Part shown: in pieces, positions 41,749-47,668 of the stretch
Layout: each line of letters starts with the position of its first letter
How positions within the stretch are numbered: the stretch's first letter is position 1
From: Candidatus Omnitrophota bacterium
GTDB taxonomy: Bacteria; Omnitrophota; Gorgyraeia; JABMRG01
Direction of reading: 5' to 3'
NCBI GenBank assembly: GCA_013202525.1
Contig: JABMQS010000036.1
Location: forward strand, 1-47,668
Length of the DNA: 47,668 nt
Notes under the pieces: generated by a model
The model's input: only the letters and a program-made list of their open reading frames with translations
Databases searched by the model: none
Told to the model about the DNA's origin: nothing
Made by a program: the position numbers and the translations under genes

Positions 41749-42936
41749 CTAAGAATACTCTGCGTTGATCTTTACATACTTGGGGCTGAGGTCAGATGCA
41801 TAGACCTTTGCACAGGCAGTGCCGATATTCAGGTTCAGAGCCACTTTTATGTTCTTTGCCTTTAATGTATTCTTCGGCAGCTTATCTTTTAACGCAACGC
41901 CGGAACCTACAGCCTTTATGCCATTTAGATATATATCAACCTTCCCGGGTATTATGCCGCCCTGGTACGCACCGCATGCCGCGGCGATCCTGCCGAAATT
42001 CGGATTCTCACCATAGCACATCGTCTTAAAGAGGCTTGAATTTGCAACGGCCAGGGCTATCGCCTTAGCCTGCTTTTGCGTCTTTGCGCCCTTTACCTCT
42101 ATCTCGATAAATTTCGTTGCGCCTTCACCGTCTTTGACTATCATCTTTGCAAGCTCAAGGCAGACCGCCTTAAGGCCTGACAGAAACTTCTCATAGAGCA
42201 CTTTTGAGCCTGCAACATTCACGCCGGAGGCCCCGTTGGCCAGGATCAGGACAGTATCGTTTGTGCTCATATCACCGTCTACGGTTATGCTGTTAAAGGA
42301 TGGCTCAACAGCCTCCTTGAGGGCCTGTTTAAGTTTTTGCTTGCTCACCTTGGCGTCTGTTGTAATAAGAGATAACATGGTTGCCATATTTGGCTCTATC
42401 ATGCCAGCACCCTTTGCTATACCGGCAATCCTTATCTCTTTTGAGCCTGCCTTGATGCTAAAAACTGCCTCTTTCTTAAATGTATCTGTGGTCATTATGG
42501 CCTCTGCGCATCTTCCTGCGCTGGCCTTCGATAACCAGACTGCCAAAGAAGGTAATGCCGCGGTTATCTTTTTAATCGGAAGCCTCCTGCCGATTATCCC
42601 TGTTGAGCAGATCAGGACCTCACCTCTTTTTGAACCTATAAGCCCGGCGACCTGTTTGGTTATCTTAATGCAATCATCAAGGCCCTTTTTGCCGGTAAGG
42701 CAGTTTGCGTTTCCTGAGTTTATGATGACCGCCTTATGTGTCTTTGAGTTTATATCTTTCTGGCAAAGCACCACAGGCGCGGCCTTAAAGACGTTTGTGG
42801 TAAAGACCCCTGCTGCAACGGCCGGTAGCTCTGATGCAACAAGCGCAATGTCCAGCTTCTTTCTCTTTATGCCGCAATTTAAGGCAGCTGCCTTAAATCC
42901 GAGTGGTGCTGTTATGCCGCCTCTTATCTTCTTCAT
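41749..42936 (-). CDS. argJ: bifunctional ornithine acetyltransferase / N-acetylglutamate synthase
   Basis: 395 aa with the autoprocessing site NMATMLSLITTDA. Confidence 0.9.
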   Translation of the reverse strand: MKKIRGGITAPLGFKAAALNCGIKRKKLDIALVASELPAVAAGVFTTNVFKAAPVVLCQKDINSKTHKAVIINSGNANCLTGKKGLDDCIKITKQVAGLIGSKRGEVLICSTGIIGRRLPIKKITAALPSLAVWLSKASAGRCAEAIMTTDTFKKEAVFSIKAGSKEIRIAGIAKGAGMIEPNMATMLSLITTDAKVSKQKLKQALKEAVEPSFNSITVDGDMSTNDTVLILANGASGVNVAGSKVLYEKFLSGLKAVCLELAKMIVKDGEGATKFIEIEVKGAKTQKQAKAIALAVANSSLFKTMCYGENPNFGRIAAACGAYQGGIIPGKVDIYLNGIKAVGSGVALKDKLPKNTLKAKNIKVALNLNIGTACAKVYASDLSPKYVKINAEYS

Positions 42937-43965
42937 CTATACCAGTCCTGTAGCCTCGGGAAATCCGCAGACTATATTCATATTCTGCACAGCCTGCCCG
43001 CTTGCTCCCTTTAGGAGATTATCGATAGCAGTCACTATCACGCACCTTTTCTTATCAGGCGAAAGCGCTATACCTATGTCACAATAATTACTCCCTGTCA
43101 CGTTCTTTATCTCAGGCAGGCTTCCTTCGTCATAGACTCTGACGAACGGCGCCTTCTTGTAAAAAGTCTTGTACAGCCCTACAAGCTCTGAGAGCCCTGC
43201 CTGCTTCTTTAAGGCCACATAGGCTGTGGTCAGGATACCCCTGTTTATAGGCACAAGGTGCGGTGTAAACAATATGCTCACCTTCTTGCCGGCCGCATTG
43301 CTAAGCTCCTGCTCGATCTCAGGGCAATGCTGATGCACACCTATCTTGTAGGCCTTTATATTCTCATTTACCTCTGAAAAATGAAGCGGCAATATTGCCT
43401 TTCTGCCTGCACCGGTCACACCGCTCTTTGCGTCTATGACGATATCATTAAGGTCTGCCTTCTTTTTAAGGAGAAGGGGCGCGATGCCGAGTATCGACCC
43501 TGTGGGATAACATCCCGGGTTTGCTATAAGCTTTGCCTTCTTGATCCTGGCACTGCAAAGCTCAGGCAGGCCATAGGCGCTGGCAAAGAGATACTTCTTT
43601 TGCAGGTGCTTCTTTCCATAAAATTTCTCATAGATCCTGGTATCCTTCAGCCTGAAGTCCGCGCTCAGATCTATTACGATCTTTCCTTTATCCAGGAATC
43701 TGGGCACATAGTCCATAGAGACCTTGTGCGGCAGGGCCAGGAATACGACGTCTATCCCCTTCTTCAAAACATCATTTACCGCAAGCTTATTGCTGCAGAC
43801 CATCTCAAAAGTGCCCAAAAGCTCAGGAAATACCTCGGATATCTTGACGGGTTTGTCTATCTTCGCGGTCAGGGCCTTTATCTTTACCCTGGGGTGCTTG
43901 AGCAGGATTCTTATAAGCTCAAGGCCCGTATATCCCGTTGCTCCGCATATAGCTACATTGATCAT
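42937..43965 (-). CDS. argC: N-acetyl-gamma-glutamyl-phosphate reductase
   Basis: VAICGATGYTG Rossmann N-terminus and the catalytic NPGCYPT motif. Confidence 0.9.
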   Translation of the reverse strand: MINVAICGATGYTGLELIRILLKHPRVKIKALTAKIDKPVKISEVFPELLGTFEMVCSNKLAVNDVLKKGIDVVFLALPHKVSMDYVPRFLDKGKIVIDLSADFRLKDTRIYEKFYGKKHLQKKYLFASAYGLPELCSARIKKAKLIANPGCYPTGSILGIAPLLLKKKADLNDIVIDAKSGVTGAGRKAILPLHFSEVNENIKAYKIGVHQHCPEIEQELSNAAGKKVSILFTPHLVPINRGILTTAYVALKKQAGLSELVGLYKTFYKKAPFVRVYDEGSLPEIKNVTGSNYCDIGIALSPDKKRCVIVTAIDNLLKGASGQAVQNMNIVCGFPEATGLV

Positions 43966-44013
43966 CTCATAATCCTTCCTTTATTATACTTATACTTATT
44001 TATATAAAGCCTC

Positions 44014-44043
44014 ATTATAAAACAAATTAGCCTATCTTGTCAA
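44014..44043 (-). promoter_or_regulatory. consensus sigma70-like promoter (TTGACA-N17/18-TATAAT) ahead of argC
   Basis: Minus strand reads TTGACAagataggctaatttgtTTATAAT. It lies about 50 nt upstream of the argC ATG, just downstream of the rpsI terminator. Confidence 0.6.
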
Positions 44044-44056
44044 TCTATAAAACCAC

Positions 44057-44095
44057 AAAAAAACGACCCCGCTCTTCTCAAGAAAGGGCGGGGTC
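44057..44095 (-). terminator. Rho-independent terminator after rpsI
   Basis: Minus strand forms GACCCCGC-N15-GCGGGGTC followed by GTTTTTTT. Confidence 0.75.
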
Positions 44096-44132
44096 AACAA
44101 TATAGGCTTCATATTCCGGGGCCAAAAGATAT

Positions 44133-44531
44133 TTATCGTTTAGAGAACTGGAATTTCTTCCGGGCTCCTTTCTGACCGTACTTCTTACGCTCTTTCATAC
44201 GCGGATCCCTCGTTAAAAAGCCGCCTTTTTTCAACCTCGGCCTGAGGCTCTCATCCGCTATAATAAGTGCCCGTGCAATTCCATGCCGTATGGCACCAGC
44301 CTGTGCTGACAGGCCGCTGCCGCATACATTGACCTTCACATCATACTTATCTGTAAGGTCGCAGGCCTTAAAGGGCTGCTGTATGATCATCCTCAAGGTC
44401 TCCCTTGTGAAATAGTTCTCTACGGGTCTCTTGTTGACCGTGAACTCACCCTTTCCGGGTGTCAAGGTAACGCGAGCTGACGCCTCTTTTCGGCGCCCGG
44501 TTGCATTGTATTTGGCTTCATCTGCCATCAA
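44133..44531 (-). CDS. rpsI: 30S ribosomal protein S9
   Basis: 132 aa. [10 protein letters not shown]...GGGLSGQAGA-like core ([19 protein letters not shown]) and C-terminal KKFQFSKR. Confidence 0.95.
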   Translation of the reverse strand: MMADEAKYNATGRRKEASARVTLTPGKGEFTVNKRPVENYFTRETLRMIIQQPFKACDLTDKYDVKVNVCGSGLSAQAGAIRHGIARALIIADESLRPRLKKGGFLTRDPRMKERKKYGQKGARKKFQFSKR

Positions 44532-44538
44532 TATCTCC

Positions 44539-44967
44539 TTAAAGCTTTATCTCCTGAGGGTCCTGCGCCTTCTGCTTATGCTCAGTTCCGGCATAGACCT
44601 TCAGCTTCTTTATCATATCTCTTCCAAGCGGTGTATCAGGGATCATCCTCTTTACCGCAAGGCGCATCACCCTTGCAGGGAAAAGTTTCATCATATGCTC
44701 CATGCTGCGAACACGGCGGCCGCCCGGATACCCTGAAAATGTAACATACTCCTTCTCCTTCATCTTGTTGCCGGTAACTTTTATCTTGCTTGCGTTTATA
44801 ACAACTACGCCGTCACCGCAATCGACATGAGGAGTATACTCCGGCTTATGCTTGCCGCGCAGTATTATAGCTATGCGCGTCGCAAGCCGGCCAAGTATCT
44901 TGCCGTCTGCATCCACAAGAAACCATTTTCTTTTTATATCTTTTTTCTTCGCCATATATGTCTTCAT
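44539..44967 (-). CDS. rplM: 50S ribosomal protein L13
   Basis: 142 aa. [38 protein letters not shown] is the typical L13 N-terminus. Confidence 0.95.
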   Translation of the reverse strand: MKTYMAKKKDIKRKWFLVDADGKILGRLATRIAIILRGKHKPEYTPHVDCGDGVVVINASKIKVTGNKMKEKEYVTFSGYPGGRRVRSMEHMMKLFPARVMRLAVKRMIPDTPLGRDMIKKLKVYAGTEHKQKAQDPQEIKL

Positions 44968-44991
44968 AAGATTACCTCACAAGAAGTGCGA

Positions 44992-45020
44992 ATTTTAACA
45001 CAAATAGCCATTGTTGTCAA
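44992..45020 (-). promoter_or_regulatory. sigma70-like promoter (TTGACA-N17-TAAAAT) for rplM-rpsI
   Basis: The -35 is at 45015-45020 and the -10 at 44992-44997, about 25 nt upstream of the rplM ATG. Confidence 0.55.
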
Positions 45021-45159
45021 GCAAAATCTAGCTTTCAAGCAGTGGCTTTTTACAGATTTTGCTTGATCCTGAGGAGCCGCATTCATATAACCTGCTGTGG
45101 CGACGAAGGATCTTGTGTGTATAATTTTTCTATGTTATCAAGGGAAAAGTGGGAAGCCC

Positions 45160-45267
45160 TCAGAGCCGCTCGTGTTTCGAGCGCAGGATCCTGGTAAAGC
45201 AATATATGAAAAGGCCTATTATTGCAGTCCATGAAAGGATCATAAATATCCAGCCACCGGTATTCAT
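45160..45267 (-). CDS. NSS-transporter small subunit (MetS-like single-TM peptide)
   Basis: 35 aa, MNTGGWIFMILSWTAIIGLFIYCFTRILRSKHERL. Its ATG overlaps the transporter stop (TAATG). It is not in the ORF track because it is under 60 aa. Confidence 0.6.
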   Translation of the reverse strand: MNTGGWIFMILSWTAIIGLFIYCFTRILRSKHERL

Positions 45268-46823
45268 TAGCTATAACTCCTCATCTTGCGCTTGCGCCAG
45301 GCGATCTTGACCAGGATACAAATAGTAGAAAATATAAGTATAAGGCCGATCCTCGTGCCCAATACAAAAGGCCTATCTGCCTGAGCAACACCCTTCATCA
45401 TTATAGTCGGCACGCCCTCCTGGACAAGCCAGAAACCCAGTATCAACAAAAGAAACACCGGCGTGACATATTTGATTATGTACTTGTAGACCTTCGGTAT
45501 GCGCATCATGGCGCCATGGTGCATCTGCTCCCATGCCTTGTCTATGCCGAATATCCACGCAAAGACGATCGTCTCAACAGTGGCAAAGACGACCAGGCAG
45601 AATGTTCCAGCCCAGAAATCGAGCTCATTCACAACCCCTCTTCCGAGGAAGAATATGACGGGCTGGCAGAGTATAAACGTGACAATGCCAAATATCCAGA
45701 CTGCCTTCCTTCTGTCTACGGCAAACTCATCCTCCAGAAAAGCAATGGCAGGCTGCGCAAGCGATATGGAGGATGTCACTCCCGCTAAAAAAAGCATGCC
45801 AAACCAGAGCAGGCCGAATACCGCGCTCATCGGCAGATTCTGCAGGATAACCGGCATAGTGACAAAGCTTAAATTGAATGCCCCGCCCTTCGCCACCTCT
45901 ACTATGCCGACAGGTCCGAAGAATGCAAACGCAGCCGGTATGATTATAGAGCCGCCGAGTATGACCTCTGCAAACTCATTGGTGCTGGCAGCGGAAAGCC
46001 CTGAGAGGGCAACATCGTCTGACTTCCTCAGGTAGCTTGAGTATGTAAGGATTACTCCGATACCAACGCTCAAGGTAAAGAACATCTGACCTGCCGCGGC
46101 AAGCCATACCTTTGCATCCTTTAGGGCCGAGAGGTCGGGGTTCCACAAAAATCCTAAGCCATTTACAGCATTCCACGCGGGCTGTGACGGATCAGGCGCG
46201 CCCATAGTAAAGACCCTCAGCACGATGATAGCCGCGAATAAAAAAAGGGCGGGCATCGCGATCTTACACAACCGCTCTATCCCGCCTTTTATACCGTAAT
46301 AGACGACCGATATGTTTATGACAAAGGTAATAACAAAAAACAGATACGCTGCCCAGAGCCCCTGAAAATGTTCATTCTGCGTAAGCCCCTGAAAACCCTG
46401 GAGAAAGTTCATCATCGCTGCCTGCGTTGTGCAGCCCTGATACTTGCCCATTATGGCGAATACGCTGTAAGCCAGGCACCATGACTCGATGTAGGTATAG
46501 TATATGAATATGGCCAGGGGCCCGAATATACCGATTACACCGAAGTACTTGATAAAGTGGTTCTTTTCCCACATGCTGTGGAATATGCCGGGGGCCGTGG
46601 AATGCTCAAAACCTCCGCCGAATCTTCCGGCGGTCCACTCTATCCACATAAGCGGAATGCCTAAAAGCAAAAAAGAGATGAAGTAGGGGATCATGAACGC
46701 GCCGCCGCCGTTCTGGGCTGCCTGCACCGGAAACCGCAGGAAATTACCCAGTCCTACGGCGCTGCCTGCAACCGCAAGGATGATCCCTAATTTAGAACCC
46801 CATCTCTGTCTCTGTTTCGCCAT
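45267..46823 (-). CDS. sodium-dependent transporter, neurotransmitter:sodium symporter (NSS/SNF) family
   Basis: 518 aa. RQRWGSKLGIILAVAGSAVGLGNFLRFP is the NSS TM1 signature. About 12 TM helices. Confidence 0.88.
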   Translation of the reverse strand: MAKQRQRWGSKLGIILAVAGSAVGLGNFLRFPVQAAQNGGGAFMIPYFISFLLLGIPLMWIEWTAGRFGGGFEHSTAPGIFHSMWEKNHFIKYFGVIGIFGPLAIFIYYTYIESWCLAYSVFAIMGKYQGCTTQAAMMNFLQGFQGLTQNEHFQGLWAAYLFFVITFVINISVVYYGIKGGIERLCKIAMPALFLFAAIIVLRVFTMGAPDPSQPAWNAVNGLGFLWNPDLSALKDAKVWLAAAGQMFFTLSVGIGVILTYSSYLRKSDDVALSGLSAASTNEFAEVILGGSIIIPAAFAFFGPVGIVEVAKGGAFNLSFVTMPVILQNLPMSAVFGLLWFGMLFLAGVTSSISLAQPAIAFLEDEFAVDRRKAVWIFGIVTFILCQPVIFFLGRGVVNELDFWAGTFCLVVFATVETIVFAWIFGIDKAWEQMHHGAMMRIPKVYKYIIKYVTPVFLLLILGFWLVQEGVPTIMMKGVAQADRPFVLGTRIGLILIFSTICILVKIAWRKRKMRSYS

Positions 46824-46832
46824 ATCCCTTAA

Positions 46833-47588
46833 CTAGTATCTTACGCGTAAAAGGCACAGGCCTTTCGCAGGCGCTGTCGGGCCCGCCTCTGTCCTGTCCT
46901 TTACACGCAGTATCTTCTTCATGCTTCCCGGAGGAAGCTTACCTCTTCCGATCTCGATCAAGGTGCCGACAATATTCCTCACCATATTATATAGGAAGCC
47001 GTTCGCCTCCAGATCTATATTGATTATAGGCCCGTCTTTACGCACCGATATTCTTCTTATATTCCTTATGGAATTGCGCACCTTCTTATCGGCTGCCTGG
47101 AATGACTTGAAGTCACGCCTGCCGACCAGCACGCGTGCCTCACGGGCCATAAGTTTTGCGTCGAGTTTATAGGGAACGTGGTTCTGGTATAGGCGGTCGA
47201 AGGCGGTACTGTAATCGCGGTTTAAGATCTGATAGCGGTATGTCTTTAAGCGGGCATTGAACCTCGAGTTGAAATCAGGCTTTGCCTCTTCGATATCGAC
47301 TATGATTATGTCCTTGGGGAGCAGGGCATTGAGCGCCCTCTGCATAACCGCCATCGGCATCTTGGACTTGGTCTTAAAATTCCCAACCTGGCCCAAGGCA
47401 TGTACGCCTGCATCTGTGCGACCGGCGCCTATAAGCCTGATCTCTTCCTGCAGAATACCGCTTATGACCCTCTCGATAACACCCTGGATGGTCTTCTCGG
47501 TGCCTATCTCCTCGGGCCTCTTCTGCTGGATCTGCCAGCCTTTGTAGCTTGTCCCGTCGTATTCTATGGTGAGCTTTATGTTTCTCAT
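46833..47588 (-). CDS. truA: tRNA pseudouridine(38-40) synthase
   Basis: IEYDGTSYKGWQIQ and GAGRTDAGVHALGQV (catalytic Asp). Confidence 0.92.
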   Translation of the reverse strand: MRNIKLTIEYDGTSYKGWQIQQKRPEEIGTEKTIQGVIERVISGILQEEIRLIGAGRTDAGVHALGQVGNFKTKSKMPMAVMQRALNALLPKDIIIVDIEEAKPDFNSRFNARLKTYRYQILNRDYSTAFDRLYQNHVPYKLDAKLMAREARVLVGRRDFKSFQAADKKVRNSIRNIRRISVRKDGPIINIDLEANGFLYNMVRNIVGTLIEIGRGKLPPGSMKKILRVKDRTEAGPTAPAKGLCLLRVRY

Positions 47589-47668
47589 CTCAGCCTTTCC
47601 CTCACGTTGTTCGGGACCTCTCGCTGAGGGATCCCGAGCGAATGCGAGGGGCAGTCCTTAGCTATTAA

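Noticed and set aside
42236-43087. 283-aa plus-strand ORF
   Set aside because: It is antisense to argJ/argC. The product is hydrophobic and low-complexity with no motif. It is a shadow ORF.
43381-44007. 208-aa plus-strand ORF. The same judgement applies to 39620-40180, 35226-35765, 45499-46035, 9137-9556 and 32598-33053.
   Set aside because: All are antisense to confidently identified minus-strand genes (argC, argD/argF, lysA, NSS transporter, Memo-AMMECR1, dapB). None has an RBS or a recognisable motif.
43966-44013. ArgR operator or riboswitch in the argC leader
   Set aside because: The leader is only about 45 nt. The direct repeat tatacttatactta does not match the ARG-box consensus I know. 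The evidence is insufficient.

Overview
47.7-kb window from a diderm (Gram-negative-type) bacterium, probably an uncultivated lineage. All product calls rest on motifs I recognise in the supplied translations; no database search was run. I count about 54 protein genes and one tRNA, and all but one gene are on the minus strand.

Core content:
- An uninterrupted ~16.7-kb minus-strand string, argC-argJ-argB-argD-argF-argG-argH-lysA-dapF-dapA-dapB-dapL-folK-panC-panD-nadA-nadX, sits behind a consensus sigma70-like promoter.
- rplM-rpsI, and truA plus an NSS-family transporter with its 35-aa small subunit.
- uvrA, cutA and rsmE.
- A TPR / ExbB / ExbD / TonB-like operon.
- An AmmeMemoRadiSam pair (a Memo-AMMECR1 fusion plus a radical SAM enzyme).
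- A membrane-fused spermidine-synthase-like protein and a TPR/GT-C-like membrane protein.

Accessory or unexplained content:
1. 14.6-18.4 kb holds PilZ, then [DUF3047-like + sensor-less and output-less 2TM-HAMP], a beta-barrel OMP, and a second [DUF3047-like + 2TM-HAMP] pair. This is my best candidate for an undescribed system.
2. Two visibly AT-rich islets (1-3.0 kb, and 13.45-14.65 kb next to tRNA-Ala) carry unrelated small secreted, lipoprotein or membrane genes. They share near-identical promoter/5'UTR modules, a 51-nt 3'UTR/terminator module and an intergenic 18-mer.
3. Directly upstream of uvrA lie a lysine-rich H1-like small protein with an internal duplication, a 29-codon poly-Lys mini-ORF copied from its tail, and a perfect 13-bp hairpin.

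I saw no CRISPR array, transposase, integrase or recognisable defence gene.
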